From: Balamuthia mandrillaris
Taxonomy: Eukaryota
Assembly: GCA_031835245.2 (NCBI GenBank)
Contig: JAVKOQ020000005.1
Span: 310,001 to 374,000, forward strand
Direction: 5' to 3'
Length of the DNA stretch: 64,000 nt
The notes below the pieces were generated by a model. It saw only the letters and a program-made list of their open reading frames with translations. It did no database searches and was not told the DNA's origin. The stretch's first letter is position 1. The number at the start of each line of letters is the position of its first letter. Of the stretch, positions 1 through 13,009 are shown piece by piece. Both the position numbers and the translations under genes were made by a program.

Positions 1-1315
1 TTCAACGTACTGAAAGCCTATTCTGTTTATAATCCGGCTGTTGGGTACTGTCAGGGCATGGGATTCATCACCGGTCTGCTCCTGATGTATATGGAAGAAG
101 AGGTTCTCTCCCTTGAAACTCCACAAGCCTTTTCCATTCCTTGCATTGTATTTTAACAAACAAAACTGGAAACAGGAAGCATTTTGGGTGTTAGTAAGGT
201 TGTGTACGGACTATGAGATGGAAGGGTTATTTTTACCTGGCTTGCCAGGGCTGGATCGTTGTACTTATATTTTGGAGCGTTTGCTTCAACATTACCTGCC
301 AGATATTGCCCATCACCTGGTTTGCCTATCTGCTTTTCTTTATTTTCTCTTTCTTTACTTCTTTTCATCTAACCACTTCTTTACATTCCTTCTTGGTCTG
401 TTGCTGTTCCACTTTCTTCTTCATCCTCTAAAGGAAAAGGAAAATGCGGTATGCAGCATGTATAGCACTCAATGGTTCATAACGGTTTTTACGTACAACA
501 TGCCGTTCTCCATCGTACTGCGGATGTGGGATGTGTTCCTGTTCGAGGGTTACGGCGCCACCTTCATCTTTGCTTTATCGTTGATCAAGATGTTTGCCAA
601 TCAGCTGCGCAAAAAGTCGTTCGAGAGCTTACTCCGCTTCCTAAAGTTCGACCCAGAGGAGGACAGCGAACCTTTCCCCAAGGTAGATCCCGAGAAGCTC
701 ATCAAGGTCTACAAGTCGCTGGAGCGGGGCGCTTTCCAAAAGATACAAAAGTACGCCGCTGAGTACGAAACCACGGAGAGAGCTTCTCGCAATAGGAGGT
801 ACATCGAGGAAAACCGAGAAAATCTCGGCCATGCCCCTATGCCTCCCCGTCCCGCTTCTCCTCCAAAAGTTGCTGATGAAGATGAAGAAAGCGAGGAGCT
901 TAAAAGAGAAGGCCAACAACAACAAAAAAAGCAATCAGCGAAACCAACCACAGAGGAAACGAAGCAAAACAGTGCGGTTGTTCACGAAGAACGGGAAGCA
1001 CTGCACGAGGAAGAAAATCGAGCAGAAAGGCGGGAAGACGGTATGGCAGAGGAGGAGGAAGAGGAAGAAGATGGAGAGGAAGAAGCAGAGGAAGAAGTGA
1101 AGGCAGTGGGGAATGGGCACAACAATGACGAAGAGAACAACATGAGCACGGGTAGCAGTGACAACGATAAGCCTGGCAGCTCGCAGAAGAAGCAAAAAAA
1201 GAAAAGCGCAACCAAGGGGCCTACAAAGAAAAAGAAGAAAAAGCAACCAACAGAAACCGCCTTGGATGACGCCCAAAACACTAACAGCGAGAACGAAGGC
1301 CGACTTTCAACATAA
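1..1315 (+). CDS. TBC-domain Rab GTPase-activating protein, 5' truncated by window edge; exons about 1-102, 176-319, 434-1315
   Basis: Spliced translation [56 protein letters not shown] has the TBC YxQG (Q-finger) motif; acidic/basic low-complexity tail; GT-AG introns. Confidence 0.9.
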
Positions 1316-1391
1316 AGGTGCAGTTGTTTGTGTAAAAAAAAAATAGCAAGAGCATGAAGAAGGAATAGAAACAAAACTTTTTTGTCTCCGT

Positions 1392-1982
1392 TTAACTAGC
1401 GTCGCTGCCGGTAAGCCTTTTCACACGAGTCATCAATGAGTCTTTGGTCACATCGTAGGGCGTGTTCTTGGAGGGAATCTCCAATATGGTCGGGAAGAGC
1501 TGGTCATAGTCGTCCAACAGGTGTCGTATATCATTGGCAACCTGGTTTATAAGTGTGTGTTGCGTTAAAATACACAATGATGACGACTAGCAGTGACTCA
1601 AAAAAGAAGGCGGGTACATCTTGAGTTATGAGAAGGATGGCGACGTCTTCCCGGCTCGTAAACTGCTTAAAAGTTTCCTCGATCTGTGACAGTTTGGTTT
1701 CTTGAAGCAAAGTTACAACTCCAGTCGCTATTTATCAGGGGGGCAAAGAGGGGAAACATACTGTTGTCAACCACAAGAAAGTTCGTGCTACGCTTCTGGT
1801 TAACATCGCCAACACCCGCCAGCAGAAAACCTGTTACCGTATCCTAACAGACAGACAAAGGCTTCTGATGAGTGGACTCAGAGACATAACGCATTGGAGG
1901 ACAAAAACAAAGGCACCTCGTCCCCAATGATGGAGAGAAGAGAACCCCCTTCACGTTGACGCATTCGAGATCTGGTGGCCAT
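1392..1982 (-). CDS. ATP6V1F: V-type ATPase subunit F, 4 exons
   Basis: MATR..LLSIIGDE|DTVTGFLLAGVG..NFLVVD|..IEETFKQFTSREDVAILLITQ|VANDIRHLLDDY..PTILEIPSKNTPYD is typical VMA7/ATP6V1F. Confidence 0.95.
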
Positions 1983-2221
1983 GGCTCTCTCTGTTTTTCT
2001 CTCCGCCTCAAACCTTGCCGCACCCCCCCTTGAATTGTCGACAGCTGGTTCTACGCTTGAGGGGCCGATGATATGGATCTCGGAGTTTAAAACTCCGCTG
2101 ATCTTATGGATTATGCATCCCCCATCCGTCATCCTTTTTTTCGTTCTTCCTTCTGCCCTCTCAGTTAGTAGTAGCCGAAACCAGCAAGACGACTGTATCG
2201 TCCGGACCACAGTGAGTGACC

Positions 2222-2953
2222 ATGGGTGTAAGTGATGTCTCTCTTGCACTTCCCACTCCCTTGTCTTAGTTTTTTTTCCACATCTTAGATGCACGAGTAT
2301 CAAATCGTTGGCCGCCGCCTTCCCACCGAGAAGGAGCCCAACCCCAAGATCTTCCGTATGAGGCTCTTTGCCCCTAACACGGTTATTGCCAAGAGTCGTT
2401 TCTGGTACTTTTGCGCCCAGATTCACAAGATGAAGAAGACCAAGGGCGAAATCCTCTCCGTGAACGAGATTTTCGAAAAGAGGCCAGAGCAGATCAAGAA
2501 CTTCGGTATCTTTGTGAGATATACCTCCAGGAGTGGTGTTCACAACATGCACAAGGAATACCGCGATACCACCAGGACCGGCGCTGTTGAGCAAATGTGT
2601 AAGTTGAGCTTTCCTCTGTCTGTTGTTTGTCCTGCGTTTGTTCCAACGAGGTGTAAGCTTACATCTGTCTTCTTTAGACACTGAAATGGCGTCCCGTCAC
2701 AAGGCCGCTTTCTCCAGTATCTCCATCGTGGAGGTTAATGAGCTTAAGGCTGCTCAGACCCGCCGCGTCAACACTCAACAGTTCCACGTTCGTAGCCCCC
2801 ACCCTTTTCTTTTCCTTGCGATGCTTTTCTGACTTTGTTGCTGCTTTCTAGGACTCCAACATCAAGTTCCCTCTTCCTCACCGAATCTCTCGCGTCCCTC
2901 TCAAGAAGTACCGTGCTACTTTCACTGGAAGGAGACCCAACACCCACTGGTAA
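2222..2953 (+). CDS. RPL18A: 60S ribosomal protein L18a (eL20), 4 exons, first exon only MG
   Basis: [74 protein letters not shown] donor at 2228. Confidence 0.97.
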
Positions 2954-3120
2954 TTCAGAACTGCTACCTGGAGCAAGCCAACTGGTGGCTCTGTGTTTGT
3001 CTGCTTGGTCACTCCCTGAACAAACCAGAGGCAATAAACCGATCTTCGTCGTGCAAAGACTATTTCTTTCGTTGTTTGTCTCTTGCTCCTCTTCTTTCTG
3101 TTCTGTTCTGTTCTGTTCTG

Positions 3121-3154
<34 letters not shown>

Positions 3155-3714
3155 GTGCTGGGACTGGGGATAAGGGCGTGAAGCTGCTCCACCGCAGGCA
3201 GAAGGGGGTGTGGCACCCTTTATCTTAACGATACGACGTTCACACTACATAATCGGTTTATTCTGAAACGGTGGTGGCAGGGTGAACGAGGGGTCATCGC
3301 AGCTGGCTTCATTGGTAAAAAGGCGGCACGAAATTTCAATAAAAATAAAAGCCAGCCAATAGAAGGGCACCCTTCCTTCGCTATTTTAGGAAATGACCGG
3401 TCCACAACAAACGATTCAGCAAGCGCTCTGCCATTATGGGCACAAGAATAATTTTTCTAAAGCTAAATAAGGGGGTAGCATAGCTTAGAACCTGAAAGAC
3501 TAGGGAAAAATAAGTTGGTCGCCATTTGCTCGATCTTCCTGCCGCGGTCGCCTGAAAGAAGGAAAGTAGAGCAAGGTCTTGAGGGAGGGGAAAATTAGAA
3601 CACGGCGTTGAACAGGAAAAGGTGACCCCAAGAGTTTTCATCTGCGCACAGACAAAGCGCTCGTTTTCCCTGCTTCGCTTTGCTGCTGAACGTATCGGGA
3701 AAAAATTGCACAGC

Positions 3715-5656
3715 ATGCACCCTTCTTTACGCCTGCTACAAGCTCTATGCTTTCTCTTTGTTATCCTTGCTTACGGTGCTCCTGCAAGAGGTGCGTTTTA
3801 TTTGTTGTCTGATTTTTGTTGTGCAACTCTCCGTGTGTTTCCTTTTTGTTTCTCGTCTTTGCATCTTCCCTTCAAATCGTTTTCGTGTTTGTCATTTTGA
3901 GAATCTAAGTTGGTTTGACCCATAATGTTATGTACTCTCTTGTAAAGCCCAAATTTCATCGCTATGTGAGACCTGCGTGTTCAGCGTGGGACGAGCCATC
4001 TCCAGTGTAGATTTTTCGTCTGCTCCAGGTTCAAGCTTGGTGCTTCCAGTCAACGTGTCGCATGCATTGCGAGATTCCGAAACCCCTCGGTCATTCACTG
4101 TGGAGATGTGGGTGCGGACTCCTCAACCCCACATTGCGGAAGAGGACCCTCAACTGGCAATCGTTGCCCGATACCCTCGCACCGAGCCGGAGAGAAGCTC
4201 ACGATCGAGCGCGGAGTTCTGGTTTGGCATCGACAATGGTCACCTTGTCCTCTTTATGGGCAGGACACGTAAAAAGGACGGAAGCCTAGGTCTTCTTCGC
4301 GACTGTGGTTTCAACAAAGTTACCCCCAACTCTTGGACGCACTTGGCATTGTCTATCATCACAGCAGACTATGCGGACAACCCCAAGGAGATTAGGGTTT
4401 GGGTAAATGGTGAACGTCAGGCCTGCTCCTGGATGGACTTGGTCGACGAGCCCTTCCTTGGGCGCAGAAACGTTCTTCACGACGATTCCTTCTCCTTCTC
4501 TGGGTTTAGGGTGGCAGAAGACCCAAACCAAGCGTGGAATGGACATATGGATGAAATCCGAATTTGGGCAGGAGGTAAGGAGGACGAAGACATCTGGAAC
4601 AACTACAAGCTGCCCCTGAACCCCGCAGAGCATCCCAGCCTTCTCGCCTACTACCAGTTTGACGAGCAATTCCCCGATGGTTTGATCGCCCATGACTCCA
4701 CTGCCAACGGATTCGACGCGGCCTTTGGTGCGGGCTTTGAGGGAGACCAACCAGAGTACACGGGAAGCGACTCTCTACCTTTGCGACATGTTGTGCGAGC
4801 AGTGGCTGGCATTCCAACGGAGCTGACCCTTTACACTTGGTCGAAAAATCAAGGAGACAGCTTTTACGGCATCGCTTTGGACCCTCTCAACAATGATGAT
4901 GTTGGTGCACTCTATCTGGACGCGGCCCTGACGAGGGTATACCGTGGAGCTCCTAACCCAATTCTGGTGGCGGAGGGAGAGCGCTTCCCCAAGCTCTACT
5001 ACATCAACATGGCTGCTGGTGGCGACTTTAGCGATCAAGTGAGATTTACCGTTGTATCTCGCTTCGAAGATTCGGAGCAAGAGGCCATGGCTCCCAATGT
5101 TGCCACCATTGAGATTAATGCATACTTCTGTGAGGACGATCCTGAGTGCCGACGGGGTTGCGACCACGAACCCTTCTCCGAGAAAGAGTTTGATGAGTGT
5201 GAGGTTTGTGATGGCGACAATGAATGTGTGGGTTGTGATGGGGTGCCCTTCTCTGGTCTCGAGTTCGATCTCTGTGATGTTTGTAACGGCACCAACGAAT
5301 GCCTCAGCGGGTGCGATAACAAACCTTACTCGGACAAGGTGTTTGATGACTGTGGGGAGTGCGGAGGAGACGGCCTCAGCTGTCTCTGCCAGTTAGATGA
5401 GTACCGAGGAAACGACCTGGATGACTTGGATAACATTGTCACCCACTACTCTCTTGACAATGTCCGCGACATTCTTGCTGAGACTGATGCCCTTTTGACT
5501 AACATTGGGGACTTGTTGCTCGCTGATGCAGCTTACCACGCCGGCTTTGACTGTCAGGACTACGGCGTCGCTTTGGAGCAGATTAGCCAGTTCCACGAGA
5601 AGACGCTGCTTTATGTTTCCTATTTGCAGGAGTATTTCCAGCCGTCTTTCGAGTAA
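3715..5656 (+). CDS. Secreted LamG-like (concanavalin A jelly-roll) protein with Cys-rich CDxxPxS..DxCxVCxG repeats; one intron about 3791-3947
   Basis: Signal-peptide exon MHPSLRLLQALCFLFVILAYGAPAR splices in frame to ORF 3977-5656; FTVEMWVR, WTHLAL, GHMDEIRIW and LLAYYQFDE motifs. Confidence 0.8.
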
Positions 5657-5724
5657 ACCTTTGCTTTTTACAGAAAATAACTTTGCGAATGTCTCGTTGT
5701 TTTCTTTCTCTGCTTCTTGTCGTT

Positions 5725-5870
<146 letters not shown>

Positions 5871-6214
5871 CCGTCTGTCGTTAAGCTTGCCTCCAGCAAA
5901 GGCAACAACAGGAAGGTTAAAGGAGGAAGCAGGCGGAGGGGGGGGGGGATATGATTGTTGGTTCAAACAAAAACAAAGATTCCATCGTCATCATTATCGT
6001 CCATATTATTGACAATAAGGGGCAACCAAGCAAGAATGATCACCGGCACACCCACATACCCAACCATTGGCCAAAAAGGGCACTAAGGGAACTGTTCACT
6101 GCCTGCAGAAGGTGAAGAAAGACCACAAGGGGGGACAACAAGAAGAGAACAGCTCAACAGCAACCAAGGTGGAGAGTGGCGAGCGGATAGCTGAACAGAT
6201 GGAGGCGTAGGGAG

Positions 6215-8590
6215 TTAGTGGGGAAGGGTAGAACCAGCTGTTGTAGTGGTAGCGGCTACAGCAGATGAATCAGTGGTTTCTTTTGAGAGCTGCAATATAA
6301 CATCCTTCCGGTCTTCCTCTCCTGTAATACCTGAAGGGAGAGAAAACTGTCCTTGGTGCTCGGAAGCGTTGCTGGTAAAATGGGTGCTATCCACCTGGAA
6401 GGAAGCAGCGGAGGCAACAGATGATGACGAGGGTGAAGAAGAAGAGTTGGAGCCTGGTTGAGAGGAGTAGCACTTGACATGGTAGATGGCCTGGTCGGGA
6501 ACGGGCTGGATGGCGTCTCTATACATCCATTCTTCTCGCTCGCTATTGATATTTAGAGGGACAGTAAAGCGTACCAATGGACGAGTATGCGTTAGTTGAC
6601 GGAACAACGAGAAAAGCATGAAGGACCGTTACCTGTCCCAAAACTGTACAAAGCCTTCGCCGCAAATAGGGCATTGGGAATGGGCCTCGTCAGCCACCAC
6701 GCTGGACAGAGGCACGTTGGTTGCTTCCTCTTCGCTCACGCTTTCCGCTTCAGCCCCAAAGAATGGTATCACTGCTCAGCCGAAAAACGATAGATGGTAG
6801 AAAGAGAGAGAAGGAGAAAGAGAAGGAAACGAGAACAACATTAACAGAGGCTCCTACGCCCTCAAACAGCAATGCTGCTTTATAATACATCAGAGAAGAA
6901 GATGCCATACCTGACTTGTCCGCCACTTCGACATTCATCGTCCAGTCCTGAAAGAAATGCAAAGAAAAGAACAGAAGGAAGCAAGGAATGCAGGCGGGGG
7001 TGGAGTTTCCCCCATAAATAACAGCATGCATTGGTGGCGGTGAGTTAGTTTTGGTTGTGGTGTGTTGGATGGGGTTGTTTTGGTGGTTTTGTGGTTGGTT
7101 GGGGTGTGGTGGTGGCGGGTATTTTATTTAAAAACACAAACATTCGATAAACGAATGATAGCATCATCACCGACGTTTTTGGTGAAACGTTCATTTAATG
7201 GTGATTTGAGAGAGAATGATGGCCACCAGCACCATTACAGAATGAGCACACAGCAGAGTCAGTAGAAGCAATGGACAACGAAGCAGCCGCATCAGTTGCA
7301 TCAAGTTGATTGGGTGATTTTTGATAGTTATAAGGTAGCCACGTTAGCAAAGACATTAGAGGGAGAGGGAGAGGGGAGGGAGAGGGAGAGGGAGAAACAT
7401 ACCTCAGCGGTAAGGTACCAGGTCCGAGAAAGAGGTTTCTTGATCTTTTCTTTTTCCTTGCAGTTCATGGCAAAGTGCCAATCGAGGTGTTTGCCCATCT
7501 TTTCTTTATCAGTGAAGCGCAGACCACAAGTGGCACATTGAGAGGCTGAGGGAGAGTAGAGCTTGTTCAGGCCAGGCCGCCCTCTACTGCTTTCAGCGGC
7601 TGTCGATGTGCTTCCGCTATCCAAACGTGGCCGCTTGATAGGAGGTTGTTGATGAATTGGTGGTGGCGCCGCATGGTGACGGGCCGGAGGTATAGCTGCT
7701 GTAGGTTGGGGCAGTGAATGGGGAGTGGCAGGTAGTGCAGTGGGCAAAGAAAGAGGGAGGGCAGTTGGGATAGGTTGAGTAGGAATTGATGTAGATTGAG
7801 GGGGACCTCCGCCAAACGGAGAGATGATGCCCAAGGTGGTCAGACTGTGCAACAAATTCGAGGTATCTAAAGAGGCGAAAGGAGAGAGTGAGGTAGCAGG
7901 GCTGCTGGCAGCGGCAGCGGCAGCGGCAGGTGTGGTTGTTGTTGGTGTGGCAGCGGTAGTCGAAGGCAAGGCAGAAGAGCCCATCAATGAGGCAGCCAAC
8001 TGCGTTATATCAGGATACTGCCGCGGATGGAAGGTTGTAGCTGGCAATTGAAGCTGAAGAGGAAGAGGAGTGGTGCCAAAGGCAGGTGTGGCAGGATAGG
8101 CAGAGGAAGTGGTGGTCTGTAACTGGAGAGCCTGCTGCTGCAGGGTCTTTAGCTGCTGCAGTTGCTTAAGCAGCTCCAACTGTTCGTTTGGCGACAGAGT
8201 TCCGCCCTGCAACTGATCTCGTATTTGTTGCTCTAGCCGTAAGATAAGGGTTTGTGTTTCCTGCACGATCAAATCTTGGGGTATTGTACCCAGGAGAGAG
8301 GCCAATTGAGTGTTCTGAGGTTGGAGAAAAGAGGCTTCGCCACCCCCCACATTGAAGGAGGGAGATCCAGGCGGAAAAGCAGAATGACCAACAGCACCTC
8401 TGCTGACTCCGTGGGAGCCATCACTTCGTGCATGATACCCCCTTTGCTGGTCCCGCCATGAAGGCCTGCCGCTGCGGGAAGGGGGTGAAACTCTGCGTCG
8501 CATTTGTTGCTGTTCCCATTCGGAACTTGCCAACATCTCATCTAAACGGCCGGGACCATGTCCTCGCTATTTGTCGTTGCTTGTTAAAAG

Positions 8591-8634
<44 letters not shown>

Positions 8635-9240
8635 TGTACTTCAACTTCTTGACGACGTGCGAGGTAACGAGGGTTGACATGTATTTTTGGCGCAGTTGAG
8701 GGAGCTGACGCCTCTTCCGCAGTTGGTGACAGCGGCATCAATTTTATTCTCTCTTCGATGAGTGGCACTTTCTCAGGGAAGATCGGAGGCCATGTCGAGA
8801 GCAGCCGATGCAAAGACTGGCGGGTGGGTTCGTCTGCCTTTTCATAGACGTTCAAAAACAACATATCAATGTTCGAAGAAAAGAGTTGATGGTAGACTCC
8901 GCCTATGTTCTTCACTATCGAGTCGGTAAGGTACAAGAAGGGCAGCTTTCTTTTCGTATGGGCCTGGATCGCATTTGTGAAGTCGGTTTTAAATGAGGAA
9001 CCAGGCGGCAGAAAAGCAAAAGTACAAAAAAAGGGTGTGGATTAAGAAACATACCGAAGTAAGACGGTGTTCAATGAGTTTGGCGATCTGCTCGCTGGCA
9101 TGGATATTCTCGCCGGCCACAATGGTGAGATTGTTTATGATCGGCTTAGAATTAAAAGTAAGTTCGGCAAGCTCGCTGTCGTATTCTGAAATGATCTCCC
9201 GCAGGGAGTCAGGTTTTTGTTGGTGATAAGGCCCCCGCAT
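6215..9240 (-). CDS. PCF11: Pre-mRNA cleavage and polyadenylation factor PCF11, multi-exon
   Basis: N-terminal CID ([31 protein letters not shown]); C2H2 finger [16 protein letters not shown]-terminal C2HC finger [27 protein letters not shown]. Confidence 0.92.
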
Positions 9241-9932
9241 GCTCACCAATTGATTCTCTGAGGACAACTTGGTGGAGGTGAAGGGAAAGGAATAATAAGG
9301 TGGCTGGTGGGCGAAGCTAAACGAAATCGTTGCAGTGGCAACAAAAAAAGCAAGAAAAAGTAAAAAAAATAATAAACAAATAATTCCAAAAAAACCACTC
9401 CGAAAATAAGCACAATCAGTCAGTCCTCTTGCCTTGTCCCAATCTTTGGGATCCTGTTTTTATTTTATTTTTTTTGCCTTGTTGTTGGTGTTTTGTTTGT
9501 ATCTCCTTCCTTTGCTACTTTTTTTTCCCTTCAAGTTCGTTGTTGCTGCTTGTTTGGTAGGCTATTTTTTTTTTTTGGTTCCACGCAAGGCAAGCAGCGG
9601 GAAGGGCACAACCCGCTCCGTCAAAGCGGTATTTCGAATAAGGAAGTCGCAAACTCCAAAAGCTTCCCACAAACAGAGAGGGAAGGCTTGCAGAACCCAC
9701 CCCACCCCACCCACAACAGCTTGTGCCTTGTTGTCGTCGTTGGTTTTGTCGTTTTTTCTCTTTGGATGGCGCAGAGAGAATTTTTGCAGTGGAGGGGTAA
9801 GTCGAGGGTCCTTTTTGGAACATACGTCAGCTATGATGACCGCCATTGGTGCGATCATATAAACACAAGATCTGCAGTATCTCCTATTAGGCTCGGAGGC
9901 AACGAGGTGGAAGGCCATACAGCACAACGAGG

Positions 9933-12735
9933 ATGGAAGCAGAGGCGGCCTCTCCTTGCATCGATCAAGTAGTAGCGGCGGCTGCTGCTGCTGAGAGTGA
10001 AGAGGGCGATGTGACTTGCATCTGGGAGGGTTTTGTTCCTCTCGTTCCTGATGGCCAAGTCGCCAAGAAGACCCTGCGCGAAGGCAAAGGCGGTTTGCCG
10101 TCTGCTGGCTCTAAAATGACTGGTACGCCTGCTGCTGTTAGGAGAAGAAGAGGCTGTTTTTCTGCCAATTGTTGTGTCGTTGGAGGCTAACTTCCAATGC
10201 TTTCTGTTAAAGTTCACTATGAAGGTTACTTGTTGAAGGAGGACGGGACAAGAGGAGAAAAGTTTGACTCCAGCAGAGACAAAGACTTCTCTAACCACGA
10301 GTTCACATTTACTTTGGGAGAAGGTATACTGCTTCTTCTTGTTCTTGTTGTTGTTCTTGTTGTTCTTGTTGTTCTTGTTCTTGTTGTTCTTGTTGTTCTT
10401 GTTCTTGTTCTTGTTCTTGTTCTTGTTCTTGTTCTTGTTCTTGTTCTTCTTCTTGACCTCCTCTTCCTCCCTCTCTCTTCGCTTACACTGTTTCACCGTT
10501 GTTATGGAAAAGAGGAAGTGATACTGGGCTGGGAGGAGTGTATGAAGACTATGCGACAAGGCGAAGTCGCAATACTGCGTTGCATGCACACATGGGGCTA
10601 TGGCAGCTTGGGTTGTCCGCCTCGCATTCCTCCCAAGGCCAACCTCGAGTTTGAGATAGAACTTCTTCGCTTCATGAGGCCGCAGGAAACGGTGTGTATG
10701 CCCTCTCAAACAGGACTGCTGTTCAATCTGTTCTGTCTCACCTTCTGGTGACATCAAATAGAGCGTGAAGCAAGCAGATAAGCCCTGGCCTCTTAAAATG
10801 GAAGTTGCAATCACTGAGAAAGAGACAGGTAACCGACACTTTATCAGGAAGGCCTTTCGTCAAGCCGTCAGGGCTTATAACAAGGTTTGAATATGGCCTC
10901 TCTCTCTCTCTCTCTCTCGTTTTGTTTTGTTTTGCTGTCCTATATGTCATATTCGAGGAATGGACTAACGGAAGGCTATTTTCCGAGCTTAGGCCTTGGC
11001 TGAATTTAGTGGTGTTGAGTTGGAGGATATTGACGCAGAGCAAGCAAACCAGCTTCAAACCCTTCGCCTGCAACTTTGGAATAACATGGCTGCAGCTACT
11101 CTTGAACTGAATGAATTCAGCACGTCGCTTCGTTACAGCCATATGGTACATCTACCTTTCCCTTCGCTTTTCTTTCCCGGTCCTTATTTCTACATTTGTC
11201 TTCTCCCTCCCTCCCTCCCTCCCTCCCCCCCCTCCCTCCCTCCCCCTCCCTCCCTCCCTCCTCCTCCCTCCCCCCCTCCCTCCCTCCCCTCCCTCCCTCC
11301 CTCCCTCCCTCCTCCCTCCCTCCTCCTCCCCTCCCTCCCTCCCTCCTCCCCTCCCCTCCCTCCCTCCCTCCCTCCTCCTCCCTCCCTCCCTCCCTCCCTC
11401 CCTCCCTCCTCCCTCCCCTCCCTCCCTCCTCCCCCTCCCTCCCTCCCTCCCTCCTCTCCCTCCCTCCTCTCTCCTCCCTCCTCCCTTTCTTTCTCTCTTT
11501 CTTTCTCTCTCTTTCTCTTTCTCACGTTCTTTAAGCGCCATTTTTCTTTTCTTTTGACATTTTCTTTTATTACTGGCAACGAAGGTCCTGGAAATAGAAC
11601 CGAAAAATGTCAAAGCGCTCCTCCGAAAGGCCAAAGCACATTCTTTGCGACATGATTATGAAGACGCCTACCAAACACTGCAGAATGTGGCAAAGCTCGA
11701 GCCGAGCAATCAACAAGTTCGTCGCTTGTTTGAGGAGACCAGGAACCGACAAAAGCAAGCTGAAGCAAAGCAACGCCAAACATGGAATGGTATGTAAGTC
11801 CCATTCTTTTTCTTTTTCTTGGTTCTGGTTCTGTTCTAGTTATTGTGCTAGTGCTTGTTGTTGTTGTTGTTGTTCTTCTTCTTCTTCTTCTTGTTCTTGT
11901 TCTTGTTCTTGTTCTTGTTCTTGTTCTTGTTCTTGTTCTTGTCTTGTTCTTGTTCTTGTTCTTGTTCTTGTTCTTGTTCTTGTTCTTGTTCTTGTTCTTG
12001 TTCTTGTTCTTGTTCTTGTTCTTCTTCTTCTTGTTCTTGTTCTTCTTGTTCTTGTTCTTGTTCTTGTTCTTCTTCTTCTTCTTGTTCTTCTCTTTCTTCT
12101 TCTTCTTCTTGTTCTTCTTCTTCCTTGTTCTTCTTCTTCTTGTTCTTCTTCTTGTTCTTCTTCTTCTTCTTCTTTTTCTTCTTCTTCTTCTTCTTCTTCT
12201 TCTTCTTCTTCTTCTTCTTCTTGTTCTTCTTCTTGTTCTTCTTCTTTCTTCTTCTTGTTCTTCTTCTTCTTCTTCTTTTTTCTTCTTCTTCTTCTTCTTC
12301 TTCTTCTTCTTCTTCTTGTTCTTCTTCTTGTTCTTCTTCTTGTTCTTCCTTCTTCTTGTTCTTCTTCTTCTTCTTCTTCTTCTTCTTCTTCTTCTTCTTC
12401 TTCTTCTTCTTCTTCTTCTTCTTTTTTTTCTTCTTCTTCTTCTTCTTTTTCTTCTTTCCTCTTCTCTTCTCTTCTTCTGCTTCTTCTTCTGCTTCTTCTT
12501 GTTCTTCTTGTTCTTCTTCTTCTTCTTGTTCTTCTTGTTCTTCTTCTTCTTCTTCTTCTTCTTCTTCTTCTTGTTCTTCTTGTTCTTCTTCTTCTTCTTC
12601 TTCCTTCTTCTTCTTCTTCTTCTTCTTCTTCTTCTTCTTCTTCTTCTTCTTCTTCTTCTGCTTCTTCTTCTTCTGCTGCTTCTTCTGCTTCTTCTTCTGT
12701 ATTAACACTCTTCACCTACAGGATTCCTGTCTTGA
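9933..12735 (+). CDS. FKBP-type peptidyl-prolyl isomerase with TPR repeats (FKBP4/5/6-like co-chaperone)
   Basis: VHYEGYL..FDSSRD..FTFTLG..VILGWEE..GYGSLGCPPRIPPKANLEFEIELL; TPRs GNRHF, LWNNMAA, EPKNVKALLRKAKA; last exon 12722-12735 gives ..QTWNGFLS*. Confidence 0.88.
10329..10455 (+). repeat. Intronic (GTTCTT/GTT)n microsatellite
   Basis: Visible run inside an FKBP intron. Confidence 0.9.
11203..11485 (+). repeat. Intronic C-rich (CCCT/CCT)n tract
   Basis: Visible pure pyrimidine tract. Confidence 0.9.
11855..12698 (+). repeat. Intronic compound (TTC)/(TTCTTG)n microsatellite, about 850 bp
   Basis: Visible; produces spurious poly-amino-acid ORFs in several frames. Confidence 0.95.
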
Positions 12736-13009
12736 ACCCATTAGTGCTAAAGTACTGCGTTCTACCACAACACCTCGCTTGGAAAATTTTCGCATCCGCA
12801 ATGTGCTCACTTCAAGCGTTCGGTTTTGTGGCAGCCCAAAACACAACACAACAGGAGAGCATGCACAAATCACAACAGAACGTTTCTAGTATAGTACTTG
12901 TTTCGTCTTTGTTGGCACATCAAAAAGAAAACTGGCTAACGTAATAATAAACAAGAACAAACAAAATAAAAACAAAAACAAAAAATACAAGTGGTGTCAA
13001 TGGTAATGG

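Noticed and set aside
3150..3330. GC-rich intergenic stretch with partial TGAAGC/GCTTCA pairing
   Set aside because: No tRNA, snRNA or snoRNA motifs; pairing is within chance
6215..7031. Separate small minus-strand genes
   Set aside because: They splice into the PCF11 C-terminal zinc finger
11607..12944. Long overlapping ORFs of poly-Leu/Ser/Phe/Glu/Lys/Arg
   Set aside because: Translations of an intronic TTC/TTG microsatellite that lacks stop codons
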